A stretch of 64,000 bases of DNA from a virus. This document shows, piece after piece, positions 18,816-27,819 of this stretch (position 1 is its first letter; every line of letters begins with the position of its first letter). The notes below the pieces were generated by a model, which was not told the DNA's origin, ran no database searches, and saw only the letters and a program-made list of their open reading frames with translations. The translations under genes were made by a program, and so were the position numbers. The stretch is from positions 32,001 through 96,000 of the IMG/VR virus record IMGVR_UViG_3300044701_002547; one strand, 5' to 3'.

Positions 18816-18861
18816 CTAAACTATTATTTTATCTTATAATACATATTATTAATGTTAAATT

Positions 18862-19176
18862 ATGGCAAATATATTAGAGACATTTCTAGAAATTAATATA
18901 GAATCTATGGAACAAACGGAAACGAACAAAGAATTAGAAAAAGCAATAGAAGATAAGTTTCTTACTCCTTCCAAGTTTGCTTTAGAAATTGAAAAAATAG
19001 TTGCGGAAGAAAACTGCAATTATATTGATGCTATTTGTCATTATTGTGAAATCAACGGTATTGATGTAGAATCGGTTACTAAACTAGTCTCCAAACCTCT
19101 CAAAGAAAGATTAAAGTATGATGCGATTAGTCTTAACTTTATGAAGAAAACTTCCCGTGCTCGTTTGCCTATCTGA
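18862..19176 (+). CDS. gp33: Late transcription coactivator gp33
   Basis: FALEIEKIV, YIDAI.HYCE, LKERLKYDA..LNF; TTGACT-N17-TATAAT at 18812-40. Confidence 0.85.
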   Translation: MANILETFLEINIESMEQTETNKELEKAIEDKFLTPSKFALEIEKIVAEENCNYIDAICHYCEINGIDVESVTKLVSKPLKERLKYDAISLNFMKKTSRARLPI

Positions 19177-19763
19177 TGTCACCTTTTGAAACTTATCAAG
19201 CATATTTGGGAATTAAGAATCATTTCACCAATCCCAAATATGATTACTTTAAATATAAAAAAACAAGAGCAACACTTACATCATTTAACAAACGCAAAGA
19301 CCGATATTTTTTCGAGAAAACCAGTCGTAAGTATTCCGATAAAGAAATAGTAGATTTTTTAGTATCAAACTTTATAGTAGCAGATAATCCCCAAAGCATA
19401 TGGATTGGCGAAATTATCAATTCTGGAGAAAGAAACTACCAGGAATGGATGAAAAGACAGCAGAGTTTGAGTTACTTGTTCAAGGAGCAATCAACCGAAT
19501 TGTTCTCGGAAGTAAAATTAGAAGATGCTCTGAACTGCTCCAAAGGGCATCCACCAATTCTAAAAAAATTCCTGAGCGGGAAGATTTGTATTGAAACTTT
19601 GGTAATTTATGATATAATATTCCTGTTCGGGAATAAGTTTGACAGGAAACTTCTGGACCCGGTGTGGGAAACCGTAAGTTTAAAAATTAAAAAGTATATG
19701 CCGTTTCTAAATATTGATGTGTTTCAGTACAAGCGAATTTTGAGGGATATTGTAAATGAGTAG
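19176..19763 (+). CDS. gp59: Helicase loader gp59
   Basis: YLGIKNHFT..KYDYFKY, RKDRYFFEK, HPPILK. Confidence 0.9.
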   Translation: MSPFETYQAYLGIKNHFTNPKYDYFKYKKTRATLTSFNKRKDRYFFEKTSRKYSDKEIVDFLVSNFIVADNPQSIWIGEIINSGERNYQEWMKRQQSLSYLFKEQSTELFSEVKLEDALNCSKGHPPILKKFLSGKICIETLVIYDIIFLFGNKFDRKLLDPVWETVSLKIKKYMPFLNIDVFQYKRILRDIVNE

Positions 19764-20085
19764 TTTTTTTGATTCTGAACTTATTCAGGAAGAACTAAAA
19801 GAAATTCACGAACTTCAGGAGTTTATATACAAAAGTATTTTAACTTTTGGTATGATGCCCCGAGAAGACAAACTGGAACACATTGAAAAAATGACACGAC
19901 TGCTTGAAAAGCAGCGAATTATGTACACCAGACTTTCTCTTTCTGACGACCCAGAAGCGGTAGAAATGAAAGAAAACCTAAGAAAGTCAGTTGCTCTGAT
20001 GGGATTTCCACCAGAGACTGATATGAGCATTCTTTTTGGTAGTATGACAAAAACTATTGAATCACTTAAAAAGTATCTTGACTGA
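19756..20085 (+). CDS. DUF1825-like cyanobacterial-type protein
   Basis: FFDSELIQEEL, LLEKQRIMYTRLSLSDDP.A. Confidence 0.7.
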   Translation: MSSFFDSELIQEELKEIHELQEFIYKSILTFGMMPREDKLEHIEKMTRLLEKQRIMYTRLSLSDDPEAVEMKENLRKSVALMGFPPETDMSILFGSMTKTIESLKKYLD

Positions 20086-20150
20086 TAAGTGATTTTTTGT
20101 TATAATATCTAAGTAAATCTCCCGAATCCAAACTATCCGAGGTATCTAAA

Positions 20151-21068
20151 ATGGGTTTTGCCGACCTTAAAAAACAATCTAAACTTGGTTCTCTCACCGA
20201 AAAACTGGTGAAAGAAGTTGAAAAAATGAATAATAATACATCATCTGGCGATGATCGTGTGTGGAAACTTGATTGCGACAAATCTGGTAATGGTTACGCA
20301 GTCATTCGCTTTCTGCCTGCTCCCGATGGTGAAGATCTGCCCTTTGTGAAACTTTATAGCCACGCCTTTCAAGGTCCTGGCGGTTGGTATATTGAAAATT
20401 CTTTGACCACTATGGGGCAAAAAGATCCCGTTTCGGAAATGAATACCGAACTGTGGAACAATGGAACTGATGCAGGTAAAGAACTGGCACGTAAGCAGAA
20501 GCGCAAACTGACTTACATTAGCAATATTTACGTTGTGAAGGATCCTGCTAATCCTGAGAACGAAGGTAAAGTCTTCTTGTTCAAGTTTGGTAAAAAAATC
20601 TTTGATAAACTCACTGCTGCAATGCAACCTGAGTTTGAAGATGAGGAAGCAATTGACCCCTTTGACTTCTGGAAGGGTGCTAACTTCAAACTGAAGGCAA
20701 AGAATGTTGCTGGTTATCGTAACTATGATTCCAGCGAGTTTGCGAATCCTTCTGCTCTCCTAGACAACGATGATGAACTGGAATCAGTCTGGAAAAAGCA
20801 ATATTCTCTTGCTGAACTCGTCGCTGCCGATCAGTTCAAAACCTATGACGAACTGAAAAAGCGTCTTGGTTATGTTCTGGGTTCTAAAGGTTCTTCCCGT
20901 GTGGATGAAGAAGTTGAGAGTGAGGACAACACCCGTGGTTCTGCTCCCGACCTTGATGACGAACTCCGCAGCGAACTTAATAATTTGAAACCGACTCGTC
21001 GTGCTCCCGTTGAGGATGATGATGACGATGCGCTTTCATACTTCGCAAAGTTGGCATCTGACGACTGA
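20151..21068 (+). CDS. gp32: Single-stranded DNA-binding protein gp32
   Basis: GNGYAVIRFLPAP, WYIENSLTT, FGKKIFDK, GANFKLK, NYDSSEF, acidic tail; promoter TTGACT-N17-TATAAT at 20078-106. Confidence 0.97.
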   Translation: MGFADLKKQSKLGSLTEKLVKEVEKMNNNTSSGDDRVWKLDCDKSGNGYAVIRFLPAPDGEDLPFVKLYSHAFQGPGGWYIENSLTTMGQKDPVSEMNTELWNNGTDAGKELARKQKRKLTYISNIYVVKDPANPENEGKVFLFKFGKKIFDKLTAAMQPEFEDEEAIDPFDFWKGANFKLKAKNVAGYRNYDSSEFANPSALLDNDDELESVWKKQYSLAELVAADQFKTYDELKKRLGYVLGSKGSSRVDEEVESEDNTRGSAPDLDDELRSELNNLKPTRRAPVEDDDDDALSYFAKLASDD

Positions 21069-21113
21069 TTCTGTGCTATAATACGGGGGAGGTCAAGGGT
21101 CTCCCCTTTTTTT

Positions 21114-21701
21114 ATGAAATCTGATTACTACATTGACCGAATTACAAAAAAACAGGCAGAAGAACTTCTACTGACCTATCACTATCTCAAAGATATTTCA
21201 AAGGATTTTAAGTCTGGGTATAATTATGGACTTTTTAAGAAGAATGATTTCTCTCCTTTAAATATTGGACAATTGCTTGGGGCAATAATTTTCACGGGTC
21301 TCCCTGTTCCAGAAATTGCCAAAGGCGCTTTTGGTCTAGAACGAAATGAACAACAAGGACTTTTTGAACTTTCGCGTCTCTGCATCCACCCAGACATACA
21401 ATCTGGTGAGCATAATATCACTTCTTGGTTTGTTTCAAGAGCGATTAGACAGTTACGGAAGGATACTGAAGTTAAAGCAATTATCTCTTACGCTGATAGT
21501 GATTTTCATTCTGGCACAATCTATCGCGCTTGTAATTTCCAATATTGCGGACTCTCAGACCCAAAAAAAGACTTCTACTTTGCAGACGGAACTAAACACT
21601 CTAGAGGCAAAGTTAAAGGTGCTGCAGGAGAATGGAAAGAACGCTCCCGCAAACACCGATATGTAATGGTCTTTGATAAGTCTTTAAATCTCTTATGGTG
21701 A
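21114..21701 (+). CDS. Mom-like DNA adenine-modification protein (GNAT fold)
   Basis: HYL, ELSRLC, N..SWFVSRAIRQL, IISYADS..HSGTIYRACNF.Y.G match the Mu Mom family pattern. Confidence 0.75.
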   Translation: MKSDYYIDRITKKQAEELLLTYHYLKDISKDFKSGYNYGLFKKNDFSPLNIGQLLGAIIFTGLPVPEIAKGAFGLERNEQQGLFELSRLCIHPDIQSGEHNITSWFVSRAIRQLRKDTEVKAIISYADSDFHSGTIYRACNFQYCGLSDPKKDFYFADGTKHSRGKVKGAAGEWKERSRKHRYVMVFDKSLNLLW

Positions 21702-22340
21702 GGTAACTCTGGTATTCTCGGTCTTAATAGTCTTATTATCTACATATTGCGATGACTTACCATAAGTCATTTCTCTTCTAGTATCAAGAAGAACTTGTTG
21801 TAAATATCTTGGTTTTAGGACGTAAATACCTCTTTTTTCATTGTTCTTACGAACTTCATATTCGTAATTAGTTATTCCATTAACAGGATTGAGTGTAGTA
21901 ATAATATTATCTGGATTTGGAATTGTAAAATCAGAATCCACAACTTTACCAGCGGGAAGAATTAAACGATCTTGCGAATCTTTGACTTCTGTAGTTTCAT
22001 AATGGTGAATTGCATTCAAATCTTCACCATAAATTTCTTCCGCATAATCATAAATTTGTCTATCAGAAAGGGGCCATTGATCTCTTACATTTGTAATTCC
22101 AGCAGTTACTAATACAACCCAATCATACTGAACACTTCCGTAAAGTTCTTCTGCAACAAGTTCTGGACGTGATCCATCGGGAATTTGATACTTATCAAAG
22201 ATAGTGAATACATTTTGTAAGTCATCACGAAGTTTAACTCTACGAAATAGATTTTTTACAAGTAAATAATCACTTGAAGACTTTCTATTCGATAAGAATG
22301 ATTGATACTCTAAGTTTGGAAGTTCTCTGAAATAGCTCAT
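21693..22340 (-). CDS. gp53: Baseplate wedge subunit gp53
   Basis: MSYFRELP, RPELVA..LYG...YDWVVL, QWPLS, IHHYET, NYEYE. Confidence 0.9.
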   Translation of the reverse strand: MSYFRELPNLEYQSFLSNRKSSSDYLLVKNLFRRVKLRDDLQNVFTIFDKYQIPDGSRPELVAEELYGSVQYDWVVLVTAGITNVRDQWPLSDRQIYDYAEEIYGEDLNAIHHYETTEVKDSQDRLILPAGKVVDSDFTIPNPDNIITTLNPVNGITNYEYEVRKNNEKRGIYVLKPRYLQQVLLDTRREMTYGKSSQYVDNKTIKTENTRVTSP

Positions 22341-23221
22341 TAGAATCCTGTTCCCTCTGCGCCTATTCCTGTATCGTAATCCTCAGCATATATTGGGCTG
22401 AGTTCTTTAAAAGTAAGACTTAAAACTATATTTACTGGTGCTCCATCAGAATAAGTTGCGTAAGTTCCAGAACCAGTATAATTAACTCCTACTCCAGTAA
22501 GAGCACAAATTTTAAATCTATTTAGATATGGATGACGATTTCCTCCACTCATATATTCAAGTCGGAATACATCAGGTGCCTTTAAGAATAATCCACTACC
22601 AGTTCCTACTCCTTGTCTTTTTGCAGCACTATATTTTTTAAATTTTCTAATGATTTGTTTGACTACTTGTGCTTCTTTTTGTGAGCGAGGGACCATATCA
22701 AATGCAAATGAAAATGGCTGTCTTAAAGAAACACCTGAAAAAATTAATTCAATATTCGAGTTAGTGACTGCTCCTGCGTATCTTGAAAGAGTTTTATCAA
22801 TAGATGTATTTCCTCCAAATAATATGTTAGTTCCTAGTTTTATTCCTAAAGCAGTATAAAATTTTTGAGCTGATCCACCAGTAAGTTCATCAAGTGCTGT
22901 GTTTGCAGTGTTTTTTATTGCGTTTATATCTAAACTTCCTAAATTTTGTAATAAACCTGCTGTTCCTGCTTCTAATGGATTTAAAGAACTTTCTCCCCAT
23001 CCAGTAGCATTCGTATCCTTTATGTCTTCAGGAATAGGAAGTATAAAATAATCCAATTCTTTCTTTACATCTCTAGGATCTCCTGCTGTTGGTGCTGCAA
23101 GAGGAGTGGGACTATTTTGGACAGGTGAAAATCCTGGAGCTTTATATTCAAGCGCAGTAATCTTTAAATAATCATCAGAAGAATCAAGCTTAGTAAGTGG
23201 ATATCTTAACAGTTCTGCCAT
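22340..23221 (-). CDS. gp48: Baseplate tail-tube cap gp48
   Basis: LRYP, N.ELIFSG..LR.FSF.F.M.PRS..EA, P.VFRLEY, CALT.V.VNY. Confidence 0.85.
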   Translation of the reverse strand: MAELLRYPLTKLDSSDDYLKITALEYKAPGFSPVQNSPTPLAAPTAGDPRDVKKELDYFILPIPEDIKDTNATGWGESSLNPLEAGTAGLLQNLGSLDINAIKNTANTALDELTGGSAQKFYTALGIKLGTNILFGGNTSIDKTLSRYAGAVTNSNIELIFSGVSLRQPFSFAFDMVPRSQKEAQVVKQIIRKFKKYSAAKRQGVGTGSGLFLKAPDVFRLEYMSGGNRHPYLNRFKICALTGVGVNYTGSGTYATYSDGAPVNIVLSLTFKELSPIYAEDYDTGIGAEGTGF

Positions 23222-23229
23222 TTACTTTT

Positions 23230-23610
23230 TTAACTATTTAGACGAATATTTCCAAAAGGTAGTTTTCTTAAATCGCTGAGCTCTTCTTGATAAACCTCAT
23301 ACATTCCTCCAGCAACTTCATCCCAAGTATATTGCCTTTCTTCTCCCCAATGATAATTAAATCCTCTAAATCCCCACTTATATACATTCGTAACGGCAAC
23401 TAGGGGGTTTTGATCGTATCTTGTATTTGGAGTCTTAGCATTATAAACAAAAATGTAAAATGCTCCTGCTCTTGGGGGGTCTTTAGTTTCTCTAAGAATG
23501 CCCATTAGTTCAAGCATTATATCATCCGCTCTTTCAGTTCCATTCAGTTCTTTTACGAGTCTTGCTACTCGATTTCTTTTTGATTTTTGTTGAAGAGTCT
23601 TTCTTGGCAT
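23230..23610 (-). CDS. gp2-like (DNA end protector-related) protein
   Basis: FYIFVYNAKT...YDQNPLV....WGFRGFNYHW; position between gp4 and gp48. Confidence 0.55.
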   Translation of the reverse strand: MPRKTLQQKSKRNRVARLVKELNGTERADDIMLELMGILRETKDPPRAGAFYIFVYNAKTPNTRYDQNPLVAVTNVYKWGFRGFNYHWGEERQYTWDEVAGGMYEVYQEELSDLRKLPFGNIRLNS

Positions 23611-24053
23611 TACTTGATACCGAGTTCGTTTTCCGTAATTACCTTAAATTCGTATCCACGATCAGCACACCACTCTCTTGCTGCTTCCCACTTGGATTGA
23701 TTTTTGGCATATTCATAGACCTCACTGATATATTGCTTAGTTTGTCTCTTTGGTTTTGGTGGAGGAATTGTTTGTCTTTTTGGTTTAATCTCAATCATAT
23801 ACTTTTTAATTGCTCCACTACTTTCTTTCACCTTAATTAGAAAGTCGGGAAAATAACGATGAGGTTTTCCGTCTAGTGGAGATTTATACCAAACAAACAT
23901 TTCTTCATTGGACCATTCTAAAATGTTTTCATTTGTATCACAATATTTCATAAATTTACGTTCCCAACTTGATCTATAGTATATTTCACAGGGATTTCCT
24001 TTATATTTTTTTGGAAATTTTGGTGAGTATTTCCCTTGCAAAAATTTTTTCAT
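23610..24053 (-). CDS. gp4: Head completion nuclease gp4
   Basis: KYKG.P..IYYRSSWERKFM, HRYFPDF, IEIKP, NQSKWEAA. Confidence 0.92.
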   Translation of the reverse strand: MKKFLQGKYSPKFPKKYKGNPCEIYYRSSWERKFMKYCDTNENILEWSNEEMFVWYKSPLDGKPHRYFPDFLIKVKESSGAIKKYMIEIKPKRQTIPPPKPKRQTKQYISEVYEYAKNQSKWEAAREWCADRGYEFKVITENELGIK

Positions 24054-24709
24054 TTATTTTTATCCCATTTCCATTGCCCCTTTATTCTTCCAAGCACAAA
24101 ATCTTGTCCCGGACTTTCAATAGATCTTTTATTAATTTTTCCATTATTCCACCACTTTGTTCCTTTTGATAAACCCAATTTATCATTTGGGGGCCTTATT
24201 CCTTTTTCTTTTAAAGTTTGTGATATTTGTTTGCGTTGTTTTTGTCCTTCTTCTGTTTGATAGTAATTTAATCTATCTATTGATTTTAATTTTTTATATT
24301 CTTCTGTATGTTTTTTTCCAGTCCAAAAATTTCCGTATAATTTTTTATACTCTTTTAATCTTTCACCTTTTGGATCAGGTGCAGATTTTCCTTTATTTTT
24401 TAAACTTATTTTATTTTTAGTTTCTTCCGTATGATTAAATCCCAGTAAGCCTTCTCCACCTAATGTTTGATTATATTCTGGGTTAATTTTGCTAATCCAA
24501 AATTTTTCTCTTTCTAATAAATTATCCCAATCTTTACATTCTTCTATTTTTTCAATATAAAAATTTTCTTCTCCATATTTTACTATTGCTTTTGCTATTC
24601 CACAATTTAAATGTTTTTTATGTTCATTAAATCTTTTATTTAATGATCTAGATGTTATTCCTATATATTTTTTATTATTGATTTTATTAATTATTTGATA
24701 TACAAACAT
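24050..24709 (-). mobile_element. Free-standing GIY-YIG homing endonuclease (Seg-like, NUMOD3 repeats)
   Basis: FVY.I.NKINNKKYIG.T....KRF.EH, LERE..WI, YN...GGEG, HTEETK.KIS and GKKHTEE; markedly AT-rich. Confidence 0.9.
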
Positions 24710-24714
24710 TATTT

Positions 24715-24768
24715 TTATGTTAGGTCTCCCTTATATTTATAATTTAACTTTCCGTTGTAAGAAGACAT
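24715..24768 (-). pseudogene. Remnant 5' end of gp4 (MSSYNGKLNYKYKGDLT*)
   Basis: Hand translation of the minus strand resembles the gp4 N-terminus (compare GKY...KYKGNP in the intact copy); contains TATAAATA at 24734-41. Confidence 0.6.
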
Positions 24769-24808
24769 CTAAATAACTGTAGCATAATACTCATATAAGG
24801 TATTTAGA

Positions 24809-25624
24809 GTGTCGACAATAAGACCCAGAAAAATATCTACTTTCAGATCACTCTTTGGAAATCTAGCACAAACATCTCATTATCAAGTAATTTTTGGAGG
24901 ACTACCTGTTCCCTTGACAAATTATTTGATACGCAGGTCAGTAACTTTACCATTTGTTGCTGAAAATGCGGGTCTGCTTTGTTTCAATGCATCTCTTCCA
25001 ACAGCATCCTTTGCCACTAAAAATGTTGATGGAAACTTCACTGGAGTTAGTGAAAAATTTGCTACTGCCAGAATGTATGATGAAATTGGATTGGATTTTT
25101 ATGTTGATAGTAATTATCAACAAATGAAGTTTTTAGAATCTTGGATGGAATTCATTGCAAGTGGTTCTCATAATCCACTTGGAAGTAGTTTGCCGCCAGT
25201 CAATCAGGCAAATGCAAACTACTTTATGAGAATGCAATATCCAGAAACTTATAAGTGTAGTTTCACTAGAATTTTAAAATTTGATAGAGATTATAATCAA
25301 GAAATAGAATACAGGTTTATAGGTCTTTGGCCTTATGCTATGAGCGCACCTACAATTTCTTATCAATCATCTGAGATTATGAAAGTTTCTGCGACATTTA
25401 AATTTGATCGTTACATTGCAGGAAGAGCACTCAGCATCAACACTTTTATAGGTGATGATAATAACAAGCAATCAACTCAAACTGGAGATGTAACAACATC
25501 TAGACTGATTCCAGTTCGTGGTAACAGTGGTGTTGTTTTTTATGACGCTAATATAGATACGAGAACAACTGCTGAAGTTAATAGAAGATTCTTTGATGCT
25601 CAAGGACGCCCAGTTATCAACTAA
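24809..25624 (+). CDS. Tail tube / baseplate tube initiator (gp54/gp19-like)
   Basis: LAQTSHYQV, LLC..ASLP, FYVD..Y...KFLESW; upstream of gp26; ctaaata at 24769. Confidence 0.7.
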   Translation: MSTIRPRKISTFRSLFGNLAQTSHYQVIFGGLPVPLTNYLIRRSVTLPFVAENAGLLCFNASLPTASFATKNVDGNFTGVSEKFATARMYDEIGLDFYVDSNYQQMKFLESWMEFIASGSHNPLGSSLPPVNQANANYFMRMQYPETYKCSFTRILKFDRDYNQEIEYRFIGLWPYAMSAPTISYQSSEIMKVSATFKFDRYIAGRALSINTFIGDDNNKQSTQTGDVTTSRLIPVRGNSGVVFYDANIDTRTTAEVNRRFFDAQGRPVIN

Positions 25625-25652
25625 ATAAATTTACTGAAGTTTTTAGGTTATT

Positions 25653-26372
25653 ATGCCTTTACCAACAATTGCAACACCAACTTATGAGTTGGAAATTCCT
25701 TCATTAAAGAAGAAAATTAAATACAGACCTTTTCTAGTTAAAGAAGAAAAGATTCTGATTATTGCGATGGAGAGTGAAGATCCAAAGCAAATTGCAGACG
25801 CATTAAAAACTGTAATTGGAAATTGCATTCTAACTCGCGGAATTAAAGTTGATCAATTATCAATCTTTGATATTGAATATCTCTTTCTAAACATTCGTGG
25901 AAAATCAGTCGGTGAAGATGTTGATGTTCTTTTAACTTGTCCAGACGATGGAACAACACAAGTTCCTGCAACAATTAATCTAGATGAGATTAAAGTAGTT
26001 GTAAAATCAGAACATTCGAGAGATATTAAACTTGATGAAAGTTTAACTTTAAGAATGAAATATCCTTCAATGCAAGAATTCGTTAAGAATAATTTCTCAA
26101 ACGAAGATAATAGTGGAATTCAAGATACTTTTAATATGATTGCTTCTTGTATTGAACAAATTTATAGTGAAGAAGAATCTTGGGCGGCGGCAGATTCTAC
26201 CAAAAAAGAATTAAATGAGTTTCTAGAACAACTGACTTCTCAACAATTTAAAGAAGTTGAAAAGTTCTTTGAAACGATGCCTAAACTTTCTCATACTGTT
26301 AAAGTTAAGAATCCAAATACTGGCGTCGAAAGTGAAGTTGTACTTGAGGGTTTAACATCTTTTTTCGCCTAG
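25653..26372 (+). CDS. gp26: Baseplate hub assembly protein gp26
   Basis: MPLP.I.TPTYEL, YRPFLVKEEKIL, FDIEYLFLNIRGKSVGE, FFETMPKL, LEGL.SFF. Confidence 0.92.
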   Translation: MPLPTIATPTYELEIPSLKKKIKYRPFLVKEEKILIIAMESEDPKQIADALKTVIGNCILTRGIKVDQLSIFDIEYLFLNIRGKSVGEDVDVLLTCPDDGTTQVPATINLDEIKVVVKSEHSRDIKLDESLTLRMKYPSMQEFVKNNFSNEDNSGIQDTFNMIASCIEQIYSEEESWAAADSTKKELNEFLEQLTSQQFKEVEKFFETMPKLSHTVKVKNPNTGVESEVVLEGLTSFFA

Positions 26373-26374
26373 GA

Positions 26375-26548
26375 ATGGCGCACGAAGATCTTGCGTCATA
26401 TTATAAAACTAACTTTGCTCTCATTCAGCATCATAAATATTCATTAACAGAGTTAGAAAATATGATCCCTTGGGAGCGCGAAATTTATATTACTTTACTC
26501 CAACAGTATATCGAAGAAGAAAACCTGAAGAATTCACCGAATGGCTAA
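26375..26548 (+). CDS. gp51: Baseplate hub assembly catalyst gp51 (57 aa)
   Basis: Hand translation YYKTNFALIQHHKYSLTELENMIPWEREIY; lies in the -1 frame relative to gp26. Confidence 0.85.
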   Translation: MAHEDLASYYKTNFALIQHHKYSLTELENMIPWEREIYITLLQQYIEEENLKNSPNG

Positions 26549-27818
26549 CGGAACTCCTACAAGTAGTATTGAACTGATAGGTCTTCAAAGTCAGGTAGAA
26601 GGAGTTCGTTCGGAACTTGTTTCAACTAATAACGGTCTTATAGGAATTGCAAATTTAATTCGCACTGACGGTGCCCAAGATCAGCAAAGACTTTTAGATG
26701 AAAGAAGAGATCAACAACTTTTATCTGAAAGAAAAATTAGAATGGGTCAAGAAGAAGCACTTGAAAGGCAAGTATCTGCTTCTTTTGTAGAACCTGTAAA
26801 TAAATTAGAAAGAAATTTAAGTTCTACTTTTGGTAATATTCAAAAAGCTTTAAATTTTTTGTTTGTTGGTGCTGTTAGTGGAGTATTCTTAAAAGGTTTA
26901 GGTAAAGCAGTTGATTTAGGTAAAAGTACTCTTGCTGGAGTTGGAAGTCTTTTAACAAATATTTTTGGTGCGATAGGATCTGGACTAGGAACTATTAAAA
27001 ATGGTTTTGGGTCAGTTTTAAAGTCTATTGGTGGGGTTGTGGATGATATATCAAAGGGAATATTATCTCTTGCTAAATCTCCATTTAAAGCTATTGCTGA
27101 TGCTTTTAGTAAATTATTAGGAAAAGGAACCCCAACGCCAACACCTACTCCAACTCCGAGACCAACAACTACTTCACCTGGAGGTGGTGGTGCTTTAAGG
27201 TCTCTACAAAGATTTTTGGGACCAATAACACGACTTGCTTCTGGATTTGGTGCAGTTTCTTCTGCTATGGAGGGGGATTATGTTGGTGCTGGAGTATATG
27301 GCGCTGCTGCATTATTACCAAATCCACTTACAGGTTCGGCAGCTTTAGCATATAGTTTTTTTGGAGATCAAATAAAAGAAGGGTTGTCTAATATTACAAA
27401 TCAATTTGGAAATTTTGATTTTCAAGGTTTATCTATTCCAAATCTTTTTGGAATGAATGATGGAGAAACTAATTTAGATGCCTCAAGTGCTTCTGCAGGT
27501 TCTGCAGGAGAAGTGGCAGCTCCTGTTACAAGCACAACAACTTCTGCAGCACAACCAGCAGGACCACAACGACTTCAAGTAATTCCATTTAGATCCGACC
27601 AATCTCAAGTTCAAACTCCACCAGCACAGCAAAGGAACTTACAACCTCCCGCAGAACCTGCTCCAGATGTTGTCTATCTTCAAAGTGGCAATCAACAAGA
27701 ATCTACAGTTGCTTCTAGTGGAGGTGGAACTTTAACTGATGTTCCATTAATTCCTTCTGCAAATCCTGATAATTTTTACACATTATATGCTCAACTAAAT
27801 TATAATGTGGTGATATAA
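26541..27818 (+). CDS. Baseplate hub / tape-measure-like protein
   Basis: Gly/Ala-rich amphipathic helices and a PT linker; follows gp26/gp51. Confidence 0.5.
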   Translation: MANGTPTSSIELIGLQSQVEGVRSELVSTNNGLIGIANLIRTDGAQDQQRLLDERRDQQLLSERKIRMGQEEALERQVSASFVEPVNKLERNLSSTFGNIQKALNFLFVGAVSGVFLKGLGKAVDLGKSTLAGVGSLLTNIFGAIGSGLGTIKNGFGSVLKSIGGVVDDISKGILSLAKSPFKAIADAFSKLLGKGTPTPTPTPTPRPTTTSPGGGGALRSLQRFLGPITRLASGFGAVSSAMEGDYVGAGVYGAAALLPNPLTGSAALAYSFFGDQIKEGLSNITNQFGNFDFQGLSIPNLFGMNDGETNLDASSASAGSAGEVAAPVTSTTTSAAQPAGPQRLQVIPFRSDQSQVQTPPAQQRNLQPPAEPAPDVVYLQSGNQQESTVASSGGGTLTDVPLIPSANPDNFYTLYAQLNYNVVI

Positions 27819-27819
27819 A

